From assembly GCF_001194135.2 (NCBI RefSeq), contig NC_068990.1, forward strand, positions 16,384,696 to 16,424,968: a stretch of DNA of 40,273 nucleotides, written 5' to 3'. The notes below the pieces were generated by a model. It was not told where the DNA came from, did not search any database, and saw only the letters and a list, made by a program, of their open reading frames with translations. This DNA is from Octopus bimaculoides (lineage: Eukaryota). The position numbers and the translations under genes were made by a program. Of the stretch, positions 1-12,038 are shown piece after piece. The stretch's first letter is position 1, and each line of letters starts with the position of its first letter.

Positions 1-333
1 TAAATTGTCAAGTAAATGAGACGCATCTTTGCCTCCACTGATTCACTTGCAAAGTGTTGAGTAAAATTATTTCGTTGCAGACCTCCTTTGGGTCTTTTTA
101 CTATCACTGCGACACACATAGTCCCCAGTTGGTAACATTGATTTCAAGGCCCTCCTAGATGAGAGACTGGCATTCCACTTAATGTCTATGTTCCATGCTG
201 GCATGGATTGGAGAGTTATTAATGTAGAAATATGGTATCGTAGCTACTAACAGTTGAGGGTTGCGTAGTCTAGACGGCGTTTTTAGATTTCATTATTCTC
301 TTTAACCCGGGCAAAGCCGGGTATTTCTGCTAG
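1..333 (+). mobile_element. Helitron-like element, 3' terminus (5' part extends beyond the window)
   Basis: Hairpin ACCCGG-GCAAAG-CCGGGT at 305-322, then CTAG at 330-333 followed by T: the canonical Helitron 3' end signature. The extent upstream is inferred. Confidence 0.7.
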
Positions 334-542
334 TAATAAATAAAGATTTAGAAGATATTTATGAAACACAGATTTATCATTGTGTATGTAGATTGTTGTA
401 TACACAGTTTTAGGTCTATCTCAAGTCTTCTAGGTTTATTAAAGCCAGAGCTTGTAACTTCCATACTGTATAAACGACTGAAAGTACATAACTACTTTCT
501 CAAGGGGATGCCAGTCCATTACCGGATTCACTCACTCTCCCT

Positions 543-700
543 CAACAGTTACTGGTACTCATTTCTGACTGAGTGGACTGAAATAATGAGAAATTTTACC
601 CAGTAATACAATGCACTGCCTGGTCTGGAAACTCAAACTACAAACTTAGATTCATGAGTCCAAAACCCCTCACCTTCAGAGTGCTTATTTTAATTTTCAA
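543..700 (-). mobile_element. Degenerate tRNA-derived SINE fragment
   Basis: The minus strand carries a head-like segment plus CAGTCCACTCAG..AAATGAGTACC, a module shared with the copies at 24.7-25.1 kb and 30.2 kb. Confidence 0.45.
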
Positions 701-719
701 ACATATGGACTTCAAATAG

Positions 720-930
720 TCTTTTCCTTTTACTTGTTTCAACACTGGACCATGGCCATGCTGGAGCACTTCCTTGTAGGGTTTAGTTGAACAAATTAAC
801 CTCAGGTACTTATTTTAAGGTCGATACTTCTATCTTTTGCTGACCCAGTAAGTTACAGAGGTGTAAACAAATTAATACCAGTTGTCAAGTGGTGGGAGAC
901 TAACACACACTCACACACACACAAACACAC
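720..930 (-). mobile_element. 3' module of the abundant composite octopus-type SINE
   Basis: CTTTTACTTGTTTC...GGCCATGCTGGAGCAC...GTTGTCAAG...(CA)n matches the reverse complement of the 3' halves at 30083-30178 and 33018-33202. Confidence 0.7.
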
Positions 931-939
931 ATACCACCG

Positions 940-1330
940 CTATCATAATCATAAGGTCTGTGTTTCAAACTGGTGTATGTTGGACAGTCTGACAGGGTCC
1001 TATGGATCCTAAGACTGCATTGTACCCTAGTATCTGCTTTGGTGCAGTTTCTATGGCTGGATGCCCTTCCTAAAACTAACCACTTTGCAGCATGTACTAG
1101 GTGCATGTTTTTTGTGGCATCAACACGAGTGAGGTTGCCATGCATCTTGAAAGACTATGGTCCCTGAGAGAGGCAGTTTTATACTAGGAGGTGAGGGGAT
1201 AAAGTATGAGAGGAGGTGGCACAGCAGAACAGGTTTCTTGCTGCAGAAGAGCTACTCACATTTTAGAGGAGAGGGTGGGGTAATTGGTGTGGATATGAAT
1301 TGTGGTGATGATGTGACTGGTTGGACACTC
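940..1330 (-). mobile_element. Retroposon with RTE-type 3' tail (family also at 20575-20900 and 35215-35480)
   Basis: GGCTGGATGCCCTTCCTAA tail motif plus GAGGTTGCCATGCA..AAGACT, shared among three copies in the window. Confidence 0.6.
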
Positions 1331-1834
1331 AGGATATGAGGTGAGTAGAAAGGAATCAAGCCAGAGGAACCAGGAGTGTGGATGGGTGGACGATGTCTGC
1401 CTGTCTCAAATCAATAAATCATAGAAGTACAATGAAGTATAAAAGCATTAGAAATCAATATATTGTATTTGTTGCAGATGACACTTCCAATCTATATGGA
1501 TTGAGAGTGAAAGAGAGAACGAGTGCAGAAAAGGAGATTAAACACATCTGCAACATGAATGAAACTGTGTTCATGTGATGTTTTAAGTTCTCAGGCCTAA
1601 GAGTAACTATATTTCTAGTAGTAAAATAGATATGACAGCAATATTAAAAAGTTAAGTCAACAACTTGCTTGAGTAACAGAAGTATTAATAGAGCATACCA
1701 GCTTGACAATGAACTAAGTGAAAAGGTGGATTGTCTCTATCTCTTTTATCTATAGAATTTTGATTATTTTTGTTACTCAGTTAATCAAAAATGTTTGCAA
1801 AAAAAAAAAAACCTCACATAAATACAAATCTCTT

Positions 1835-2302
1835 CTCTACCCTTGGTCTGACTAAGGCCTTAAGAGTGGATCTGATAGACACAAACTGAAAGAAGTCCAT
1901 CATTTATGTATTGTGTGTTTTTGAGTAAGTTTATGCTACTCATCATCTTCATGTGTTTTCACTGGTTGTAAATACTGATCTCAAGCAAATGGCATCATTT
2001 GCTTGCAGCTCACCACAAATTCATGTCCATGCTTCTTGACATCTCTTGACTTGCTGCATGATTTTTGTGAGCTAAAGGCTCATTTAAACTGTTGTTTGTT
2101 TCTAGATCTGCACATAAAATAAGTCCAGGCTGTTTTTGTTTGATAGACTGGGAGATTACTACCTTACTTGGAAACAGTCAGGGATTGGTATCATGGACAT
2201 CTAGTCATATAAAAATTCTGCCCCAAATTTCTTTCATCTGATCCATGCAAGCACAAGTAAATAGACATTAAAATGATGGTGATGAGATGATGATGGTGAT
2301 GA
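1835..2302 (+). mobile_element. Degenerate composite SINE (head remnant plus (GAT)n-ending tail)
   Basis: GAGTGGATCTGATAGAC..AACTGAAAGAAG, then ACCTTACTTGGAAACAG...CCATGCAAGCA...(GAT)n. Confidence 0.5.
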
Positions 2303-2650
2303 AAAAAAGAGTAATTCTTATCTGTGTCATTACATGTGTAATTTTAAATTATTAAATGCTTCAGCAAATAAGTTTGTTAGAGTAAGCTAAAAGTTTTAAA
2401 TATTGAACATCCTTTTAAAACCAAAAACATTCTTTAAAAAATGCAGATGAGATGTTTTTAGAATTCCTCCTCTCTCTGTCTTTTTAAAATCTAGTCTGTT
2501 CTAAATTCTAAGTAGTGGGTCTTGCACTTTTGAAACTACTTATTACATTTCCATACCAATGTAGTTGTCTATCATAAAAATGATCCATCTCAGAAAAACG
2601 TTTGTATATTTATGTATTCACTCCCTTATGATGATTTAGTTTCATTGTAT

Positions 2651-2748
2651 AACACCTTGGGCAAGTGTCTTCTACTATATCATTGGGCCAACCAAAGCCT
2701 TGTGGGAGGATTTGGCAGATGGAAACTAAAGAAGCCCATTGTGTGTGT
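2651..2748 (+). mobile_element. CORE-like SINE fragment
   Basis: CACCTTGGGCAAGTGTCTTCTACTATA...CCAAAGCCTTGTG..GATTTGG.AGATGGAAACT, nearly identical to 29708-29790. Confidence 0.75.
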
Positions 2749-2972
2749 AGTGATAGAAAATAGGGATTGAAGAAGTGCAGGTGAATACTTCAGTCAGAAC
2801 TCCATGCAAAATATCTGGCCAACGGAATGTCAAGTAAGGAAGATGGGAAACCATATAGGCTAAATCCATGCAAACTAGAATGGTTTTTGCTATGACAGAC
2901 TGAGGGGCTTTTTATGAATACTACTGCATTACTTGAATCCATATATTGTGACTTATATATATATGATATATA

Positions 2973-3724
2973 CAAGTAGGGGTTCACCAAAGATCGGTGC
3001 TCAGCCCCCTCTTGTTCATCATAGACCTCCAGGCAATTACAGAGGAATTTAAGACAGGCTGCCCCTAGGAGCTCCTCTATGCTGATGACCTTGCTCTTAT
3101 TGCTGAATCATACCAGAACTAAAGAAGTTCCAAGTATGGAAGTAAGGTCTAGAATCAAAGGGTCTTAGAGTTAACCTAGCAAAAACCAAAGTCTTAGTAA
3201 GTAGGAAGGCAGACAAATCACAAATCTCTTCAGGTAGATGACCCTGCTTGATCTGTAGAAAAGGTGTAGGTAGAAACTCCATAAGATACACCTGATGTAT
3301 GATTTGGACACATAAAAGGTGCAACAATATCAGAGGAAGGTTAACAGGGAAATGAGCTTTTGTATGTGGAAGATGCATAGGTACAATAAATGCTGAAAAT
3401 GTGCAGAAAATAGACTCCATCAACTGCCAGTGGGGCAAGGTAGAGGTAGTAGATAGCTTCTGTTACCTAGGTAACCAAGTTAGTAGTGAGAATAAGATTA
3501 AGCTGAGCAAAGTTCAGAGCTCCTGCTTCTGCTGACAATAAAAGGGCCTCTCTCTCAGTGTGAATGGCAGATTGTATGATGCCTGTGTGCGAACAGTTAT
3601 GCTACATGGCAGCGAAACATGGGCTGTGACAGCCGAGGACATGTATAGGCTTGAAAGAAATGAAGCCAGTATGCTTTACTGGATGTGCAATGTCAGTGTG
3701 CATGTTCGACAGAGTGTAAGCATC
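2973..3724 (+). mobile_element. RTE-clade LINE reverse transcriptase fragment, with stops and frameshifts
   Basis: Translates VGVHQRSVLSPLLFII...ELLYADDLALIAES...GLRVNLAKTKVL...FCYLG...MLHGSETWAVT, including the RT YADD motif. Confidence 0.9.
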
Positions 3725-3933
3725 AATCTCGAGTTCACTGCATTTACAGTATAGTATGACTAACAAGGGACTTTCTGCATAACTGGGGTAGGACAAAACA
3801 CTTCAAAGTCACTATTTTAATAGTCTTTTTTTTTTTAAGTTTGTCTTTCACAGCAATATGCATTATTAAGAGATACACACACATATATTATACATTATAT
3901 TCTTGCATATTATATATTCTTTCATATAAACAC

Positions 3934-4097
3934 AATGGGATTGCATAAGGTTTCCATCTGTAAAATCCCATATGCAAGTCATTGGTCAACCACAGGTCAT
4001 GGCAAAAAAGAGACTTGCCTAAGGTGCTGCACAGTGGGACCATCCCCCAGAATCATATTGTTTTGAAACAAACTTCTTTGTCATACAACCATATGTG
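3934..4097 (-). mobile_element. Degenerate CORE-like SINE
   Basis: GACTTGCCTAAGGTGCTGCACAGTGGGAC is the reverse complement of the head at 29690-29725. Confidence 0.55.
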
Positions 4098-5069
4098 AAC
4101 TCATGGTTTGTTTAATATAAAGCTGTTTAAGTTGCAGCAATGTATATACAGGACTTTTGTGGCTGTCATTATAAACATACTTGTTCCACTTTGTGACACT
4201 AGTGCCAAAGGTAATTAGATTTCATACAGAATGTACAATAATGAGGTATAGTCTATTTCTATATTTAATATCAAGTGCATTGATATCACCAATCTCAGAG
4301 GGCATCAACACACACACACACAAAATTATTATTATTTGTAATAATATTATTATGATTGTTGTTGTTGTTATTATTATTATTAAAATGTATGGTTAATTTT
4401 AAATGAAGGTTAGGTAGCATTATGCAGGTATTTATTTTATCATTAATAAAGAAGCAAAAGGCAATGTTAACCTGACTAAAATTTTAATGTTGAATACAGA
4501 GAGACAAAACTTGCATGTTTTAAATGCCCCTCGTCCCATCATTTCTGGCCTTTTTACTATGTTCTATAGTTTGTAGCATTTTACAAAGCACATTAAATGT
4601 AGTTGTCTTTGTAAGGGCATTGTTTTCATTTGATGTATCTTGAGTTAGTCACTATCATGGGGCTCTTTTGTTTTTGTCTAAGTTATCTATATGGAAAGGA
4701 AGAGTTGAACTTAATTTATAAGCTAATGGAACTCTCTCATCAATTTTACAAGAAATTTTTTCTTCTCTGTGGTACCTATTATTACTTAGATGGACTGAAC
4801 CACTTAACTAAATACTTTATTACTTAGTTTACACTGGACATGAAAATGTTCAAAGTGTTTAAGAAAAGGGTGCTTTTAAGAAACCATCTCATCTGTGCTA
4901 TTAAAGAGTGATTTTTGTAATCTGCTGAGTTTGTTTGAGTAAACTGTCAAATTTAGAGTCAATACTCTATCTCACAACAGATAATTATTTCTATCTCACA
5001 ACATATAATTATTTCTAATTTAGAGAGAAGGTCAACAACTTTTGAGGAGCAGATTAGTTGAAACCATCA

Positions 5070-5262
5070 GTGACAGCTGACAGAATTGGAGCATTGGGAG
5101 AAAATGACTTGCAGTATTACTTCTGATTTTTTATTCTGAGTTCAAATCCTGTTTGGGTCAACTTTGCCTTTCATCTTTTTGGGTTTGATAAAGTAAAATA
5201 TTAGTCAATCAATCTTTTCCCCTAAAAACAATTGGCCTTGTGCCTAAATCAGAAACAATTAT
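5070..5262 (+). mobile_element. tRNA-derived SINE with a GTCAACTTTGCCTTTCATCCTTT central domain (MetaSINE-like, name from memory)
   Basis: TTCTGAGTTCAAATCC...GGTCAACTTTGCCTTTCATC...GATAAA. Same family as 6624-6840, 20222-20437 and 28282-28496. Confidence 0.6.
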
Positions 5263-5829
5263 GTATTCTTAAGTGATTAAAAATATGGGTTATTGTCATG
5301 GTTCCTAAGCCCCGAGTCAAAGATGTTCCAACCATGATCATCCTTTCATTCATTCAGACACAGTATATTTAGGAGTACACTATCCCATGAGTTCTATTAT
5401 TTTCTAAGACAGTAAAATATGAGCCAAGGGAAATCTGGCTGCTATTTCTAGCAAATTGAACAACCACTTTGTTCTTCCCTTGTTCATACCAGTTCTTGAT
5501 ACTTGTGCTGCTGTTGTTTTGCCCTGGTCATCCAAAATTGAGAAAAATTTGTAGTCAAAAGTGTTCCAATCAGACCACCTCCTCCTTTTTATCGAATAAG
5601 GTATCTAGAATTACCTATGTGTTTGTTTTTCTTTTCTTGTCTTAAGACAGTTGTTTATAGCAGCAGCCAATATTTATCTATTTTATCTCATGAATGTTTA
5701 ACTGTATTTAAATGACTACATCAAAAGTTACTATTAATAGGTGCAAGGAAGCAAAGCTGTGAGGTTAAGGAGCTCAATTCCCAATCACATAATTTCAGGT
5801 TTGGTCCCATTTCATGACATCATCTACTA

Positions 5830-6623
5830 CAGGGTGGCACAAAGAGGACAGACGTTTTTGAAAAATTCACGTAATCATTAACTTTAGCTGCAAACAAATT
5901 TTATTGACATCAATGTATTCATATTGAATTAGTATTTGTCAAAATCAAGTGTGGAAAACAACATCCATCATGTGGTGTCTGTTTTCATTGATGCATTTCT
6001 GAAGGTGTTCTTGGAAGTTGGCCTCCATTCTTTCCAGCAATGCTCTGTCAATTTGGGCAACTCCCACGCAAATAGCTTCCTTCACATCATCCAATGTATG
6101 GGGCTTATGCACATACACATGTGCCTTGAGGTTTCCCCACAAGAAATAATCACACATGGACAAATCAGGAGACCTAGGGGCCAAGGGATGTCAGCAAACT
6201 TGAAAATGAGATGGTCACTGAAGAGAGGGCAAAGAACGTCCATTGATGCTCTGGCTTTGTGAGCCATTGCCCCATCCTGCTGAAACTACACATGTTAAAT
6301 AGGTATATGTTTTCATCATAATTCAAGCACAAAGAAGTTGTTTATCATCTTGATGTAACGCTCAAAGTTGACAGTAACAGCATTTCTGTTATTGTCTTCA
6401 AAAAAGTAAGGACCAATGACAGCAGTTTTTCCAGCAGCACCCCAGACCATCACTTTTAGGCTGTGCAGTGGTTTTTTGTGCAGTTCTTTTCAAGAGTCCA
6501 ATAACGACAGTTCTGTTGATTCACCATGCCATTAAGATGAAGATGAGCTTCATCACTCATTAACAAAATGAGGTTGTCATTTGCCTCAAAAATTGCTTCC
6601 ATCTGACAAATACCAGAAACAAT
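5830..6623 (-). mobile_element. Tc1/mariner transposase relic (maT/DD37D-like), inserted at a TA within a SINE head
   Basis: Minus-strand frames give LMSDEAHLHLNGMVNQQNCRYW and PRSPDLSMCDYFLWGNLKAHVY. The terminus TA|CAGGGTGG is at 5828-5837. Confidence 0.9.
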
Positions 6624-6840
6624 TCTTATTTCTTTACTGCCCACAAGGGGCTACACACAGAGGGGACAAACAAATGAATTAAGTTGATTATATCGACCCA
6701 GTGCATAACTGGTACCTATTTAATCAACCCCGAAAGGATGAAAGGCAAAGTCGACCTCAGCGGAATTTGAACTCAGAACATAACGGTAGACGAAATGCGC
6801 ATTTCGCCTGGCGTACTAACGTTTCTGCCAGCTCGCCGCC
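6624..6840 (-). mobile_element. Near-complete tRNA-derived SINE (MetaSINE-like), abutting the Tc1/mariner relic
   Basis: Head GGCGGCGAGCTGGCAGAAACGTTAG, B-box-like GAGTTCAAATTCC, central GTCGACTTTGCCTTTCATCCTTTCGGGG, tail CCCCTTGTGGGCAGTAAAGAAATAAG. Confidence 0.85.
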
Positions 6841-8069
6841 TGTGACTGTTGCCGGTTAGAGAACATAATTATGTAAAATAATAAGGGTGATAAATTGAAT
6901 ATTAATTTAATTAACATCAATTTAAAACCAGTGGCCTAGCATAAAGAAAAGTCTGAAAATTCAGAAAAATTGTATTACATAGGTATAAGAAAGGATGACC
7001 ACTAAGTGGACATCCATTATGCTAGAAAAACAGTCACTGCAGTGAATTATCTTCTGCAGAATTGTTTCTGGTATTTAGTGCGCCAGAGCAGAGACATTTG
7101 AAAATAACCCCAGTGTAATCAGTAGAACTGTACACATGTCTAATTTTATGTGGACAACTCATGTATAGTCCTGCAAATTATATTGAATTAGAACGGTCGT
7201 ATATTCATTGTCTCATTCATATTCATTGTCTCATTCATGATGTTTTATTCAAATAACTGTTATAAGTATGTAAATGCAGATATACAGGTGATAAAAAAAT
7301 ATGGAAAGTTATATAAATATTTATGTAGTCATTCTCACCTTCACACACAGACAACCTAATATTGTGTACTACCAATGAGGAATTAATGATTAAGGACCAC
7401 AACAAAGATGGTCCCACTAAAATTGTAAATAGGGTGTTATAAATAGATTCACATCTTCAGCTTTTGATTGCCATCTATTTTAAGTTTGACTTCTACAAAT
7501 CACATAAATTGTCATTTAGATATGAATAATGACAGGTTGAACTGGGTGAATTCCATGTAGAAATTAAAGTTTACACTCTGTTAATTTAATTTATTAAACA
7601 GATTGTTTGTAACTTCTAATTTAATAATCACTAATATAAATGTCAGCTGGTTAATTTGTCCAGTCACATTTTAAATGCTATAAAGAGAGAGGGAAGAGAG
7701 AATTAAAACAAGGGGCACACATACTAGGCTTGGTGGCAGGAGAAGGAGTGGAAGTAAATAACAGAATAGCTGTGAGAAGAGTTACAGAAATGAGAAAATT
7801 GTTTTATTTTAAAGTAATGAATATTTTTCTTTTGAAAATTATTATTCATTTCATCATTTTATGTAAGCATCAAGAAATTTGATATAAGTTAAATTATAAT
7901 TCTTTTATGTATTCCACATTTCTTTAAATTACTGAAGATAACAAAAATATACTTCCAAAGCTACCCATCTGATGACAAGTAACAATTTAGTTGAAATATA
8001 ATTGATGACAGGGCAAACTGGTTAAAATTTTATGTAAAAATTAAACTTCAGTGGCACTACTATGTAAAA

Positions 8070-8290
8070 TGTATCTGTGCTAGTACCACGTAAAAAGCAT
8101 CAAGTGCACTCTGTAAAATGGTGGTTGTTAGGAAGGGCATCCAGTCATAGAAACCATACTTAAACAGATAATTGGAACATTATGCAGCTCTCCGGCTGGC
8201 CAGCTTCTATCAAACTCCTATCAAACTGTCCAACCAGTGCCAGCATGGAAAACATGCATTAAATGATGATGATGATGATATTGATGATAA
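8070..8290 (+). mobile_element. RTE-type 3' tail retroposon fragment ending in (GAT)n
   Basis: TTAGGAAGGGCATCCAG...CCAGCATGGAAAAC...(GAT)n. Confidence 0.65.
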
Positions 8291-8542
8291 GTTTCTGTTA
8301 ATTTAAATAATTCATCTGAGTGGACAGTAAGCAATATAAAACTAACAGATATGTAAATTAATTGTTCCAGTTTATTAGATTTTTATTTTCTTTAAATGGA
8401 AGCAATTCAACATTGATCACACTTGTAGAAAAATCAATATCTGTCTGATGATAGATAGTTAAAAGGTTTTGTTAAGTGGATCCATTTTCTCCTGATATGT
8501 AACAGCTTGTTTTATGGATTTGTGTGTGTGTGTGTGGTGATA

Positions 8543-8579
<37 letters not shown>

Positions 8580-8669
8580 CCTTATGAGGTTTTTTCATGC
8601 TAGCTACTTGATAAGTTCTTGTAAAATATCTTATCCTATTATTGAATTAATTATATATATATATATATA

Positions 8670-9633
8670 NNNNNNNNNNNNNNNNNNNNNNNNNNNNNNN
8701 NNNNNNNNNNNNNNNNNNNNNNNNNNNNNNNNNNNNNNNNNNNNNNNNNNNNNNNNNNNNNNNNNNNNNNNNNNNNNNNNNNNNNNNNNNNNNNNNNNNN
8801 NNNNNNNNNNNNNNNNNNNNNNNNNNNNNNNNNNNNNNNNNNNNNNNNNNNNNNNNNNNNNNNNNNNNNNNNNNNNNNNNNNNNNNNNNNNNNNNNNNNN
8901 NNNNNNNNNNNNNNNNNNNNNNNNNNNNNNNNNNNNNNNNNNNNNNNNNNNNNNNNNNNNNNNNNNNNNNNNNNNNNNNNNNNNNNNNNNNNNNNNNNNN
9001 NNNNNNNNNNNNNNNNNNNNNNNNNNNNNNNNNNNNNNNNNNNNNNNNNNNNNNNNNNNNNNNNNNNNNNNNNNNNNNNNNNNNNNNNNNNNNNNNNNNN
9101 NNNNNNNNNNNNNNNNNNNNNNNNNNNNNNNNNNNNNNNNNNNNNNNNNNNNNNNNNNNNNNNNNNNNNNNNNNNNNNNNNNNNNNNNNNNNNNNNNNNN
9201 NNNNNNNNNNNNNNNNNNNNNNNNNNNNNNNNNNNNNNNNNNNNNNNNNNNNNNNNNNNNNNNNNNNNNNNNNNNNNNNNNNNNNNNNNNNNNNNNNNNN
9301 NNNNNNNNNNNNNNNNNNNNNNNNNNNNNNNNNNNNNNNNNNNNNNNNNNNNNNNNNNNNNNNNNNNNNNNNNNNNNNNNNNNNNNNNNNNNNNNNNNNN
9401 NNNNNNNNNNNNNNNNNNNNNNNNNNNNNNNNNNNNNNNNNNNNNNNNNNNNNNNNNNNNNNNNNNNNNNNNNNNNNNNNNNNNNNNNNNNNNNNNNNNN
9501 NNNNNNNNNNNNNNNNNNNNNNNNNNNNNNNNNNNNNNNNNNNNNNNNNNNNNNNNNNNNNNNNNNNNNNNNNNNNNNNNNNNNNNNNNNNNNNNNNNNN
9601 NNNNNNNNNNNNNNNNNNNNNNNNNNNNNNNNN
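8670..9633. other. Assembly gap (964 N) flanked by (TA)n
   Basis: Run of N. Confidence 1.
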
Positions 9634-9664
<31 letters not shown>

Positions 9665-10061
9665 CTCTAAATAATTGATATGGAAGACAGAGTATGTTGG
9701 AAACTTTATTTATCACAACGATCATTTTGGTATAATTGTACACTGCTCCCTAGTAGGTGGAAAATGATATAATGAATTTCAATGCACCCCACTATGCAGA
9801 AATGCCTCATCCGGTGCCATAACAGGATTTGAGACGTGACTACAATCAACATCATCTGGCTAAGCCTATGAGCAAAATATCACCTATGTAACTTGGAATC
9901 CTGTAATGTCAACTGGTGAGGCATTTCTGCACTGTGGGGTGCATTGGAATTCATTATATCATTCCCCACCCACTAGGGATCAGTGCAGAATTATGCTGAA
10001 ACAATCATTGTGATAAATAAAGTTTTCAGCATACTCTGTCTTCCATATCAATTATTTAGAA
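9665..10061. mobile_element. Foldback MITE with about 165-bp inverted arms and TA flanks
   Basis: 9666-9829 is the reverse complement of 9897-10060 with scattered mismatches. TA occurs at 9663-9664 and 10062-10063. Confidence 0.85.
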
Positions 10062-10241
10062 TATATTCAATGTGCACTGAGGAATTCCTAATGTAGATCC
10101 AGTGATGAATGTGCATTTACTGTAGATGACACCAGGTAGCCATAAGAGGTGAACGTTCCCTGCCAGCACACTACTAGGGACATATCCAAAATACAGTTTG
10201 TATGCTAAATTTTAAATTTCAAATCTAAACTTTAATTATAA

Positions 10242-10305
<64 letters not shown>

Positions 10306-10914
10306 CGCAATCATACCTCACTTAATGAAGACTTGCTTTTCAAGACCTCAGGTTTACAAGTTTTATTTTATAATAAACTTTTCATGCACAAGATCCAAAT
10401 TTTGAATGAAGTGTACAAGTTTCTACTACCATAACAAATGCTTCTGTGTATTACTGAGAAATCTATAGAGAGTGAAAAAAAGCCTCTAAGTAAACAACTC
10501 AAGACATCTTTTATAAAGAAACCTACAAGTCCATCTACAAGTGTGTGGGAATCAGTGATCATGTCTACAAGTGATGGTGTGCATGAGTCTGGTGTGAGTG
10601 AAAGTGATGCAGAAAGTGATAATAATAATAGTTTTTATTATAAATGATGTTGACATTCTTTTTATATTACATAAAATATTCTTTATGTTCTACTGTTGTT
10701 TTATTGCCATTTATTTACCAGTATTATAAATTTATTGGTAAAATATTTTTCTGGGAACGAATTATGATTTATAACATTGCTACTATGGGAAATTATTGCT
10801 CTGCTTTATGAGTTTTCACTTTATGAGTGGTCTCCGGGAACAAATTAACTTAAGACATTACTGTATACACACACACACACGCGCACACACACACGCACAC
10901 ACACACGCACACAC

Positions 10915-11200
10915 ACATACACTTGTTTCAGTTATTGGACTGTGGTCATGCTGGGGCACAACCTTGAGAGGTTTAGTTGAACAAATTGACCCCAAGTCTT
11001 TTTTTAAAGCTTGGTACTTATTCTATCAGTATCTTTTGCCAAACTGCTGAATTACAGAGGCATAAACAGACCAACACTGGTTGTCAAGTGGTACTGAGGA
11101 ACAAACACATACAGACACACACATAGATATATACATATGGATGACAGGCATTTTTTTTGTTTCTATCTATCAAATCCTCCCTCAAGGCTTTGGTAAGCCT
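10915..11200 (-). mobile_element. Composite SINE, 3' module plus head remnant
   Basis: ACTTGTTTCAGT...CATGCTGGGGCAC...GGTTGTCAAG...(CA)n...CAAGGCTTTGG. Confidence 0.7.
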
Positions 11201-11261
11201 GAAGTTACAGTAAAAGACAATTATGTATGTATGTGTGTTTACATACATCCATACATCATCA

Positions 11262-11391
11262 TTGTTTGACATCCGTTTTCCATACTGACATAGGTTGGCT
11301 GGTTTGATCAGAGCTAAAAAGTTGGAGATCTGTGCCAGGTTCCAATCTGATTTGACTTGATTTCTACAACTGGATACCCTTCTTAATGCCA
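11262..11391 (-). mobile_element. RTE-type 3' tail
   Basis: (CAT)n...ACATCCGTTTTCCAT...CTGGATACCCTTCTTAATGCCAACC. Confidence 0.65.
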
Positions 11392-11605
11392 ACCAGTATG
11401 AGCACCTTTTACATGGACCAGCATGGGTGCTTTTTAAATGAGCCAGCACAAGTGCTTATTATGTGGACTGGTACAGGTGCATTTTAGATGAGCCAGCACA
11501 GATGTTTATAACATGGACCAGCATGAGTGCTTTTTACATGAACTGGCACAAATGCTTTTTACATGGAGCAGCACAGGTGCATATTATATGAACCAGCACA
11601 AGGGC
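11392..11605. repeat. 25-bp minisatellite, about 8.5 units
   Basis: Units such as ACCAGCATGAGTGCTTTTTACATGA and GCCAGCACAAGTGCTTATTATGTGG in exact 25-nt register. Confidence 0.9.
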
Positions 11606-11654
11606 TCTTGTAAGGCAAAAACCTCTTCAGTTTGGAGGGAAGCATTAATAATTC

Positions 11655-11985
11655 TGTTATGGTGGGTGGCCTTCTTGACTACAGCAAGGTATCAGATATC
11701 TCAGCCCTTTGTTGTCTCCTTCATAAGGTTCAGTGTCCTCAGATCAGCCTTCAGTACTTCATCCCATGTCTTTCTGGGTTTCACTCTTCCACTAGTTTCA
11801 TTCACTTTAAGTATTCAGCCCTTCTTTATGCAGCTGTCTACATATATCTGCATTCCATGACCAAACCAGTGCAGTCTTCTCTCTTGCACACTGCATCTAA
11901 TTCTTCTCAATGCCTAACTTTTCTCTCAATACACTAGCACTCTGTTGCACATGTACACTTCTACTGCACATCCAACAAAGCATAT
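11655..11985 (-). mobile_element. RTE LINE C-terminal coding fragment
   Basis: Minus strand reads [24 protein letters not shown]...LHWFGH...RKTWDEVLKADLRTLNL. Confidence 0.8.

Positions 11986-12038
<53 letters not shown>

Noticed and set aside
4630-4827. Unique-looking ORFs on both strands near 4.6-4.8 kb
   Set aside because: There are no convincing splice sites or recognisable motifs, and the lengths are within chance expectation.
8524-9743. Long 370-384 aa ORFs, and the similar ones at 29672-30197 and 32787-33074
   Set aside because: They are runs of N (assembly gaps) flanked by (TA)n, not coding sequence.
11392-11605. CRISPR-like regular repeat
   Set aside because: Head-to-tail degenerate units with no unique spacers, in eukaryotic context and with no cas genes.
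3700-11985. Plus RTE fragment ends (WMCNVSVHVRQS) where the minus RTE fragment begins ([12 protein letters not shown]), suggesting one element split by an 8-kb inversion
   Set aside because: The overlapping parts differ at many positions and no shared breakpoints or TSD are visible. Independent insertions of an abundant family are more parsimonious.
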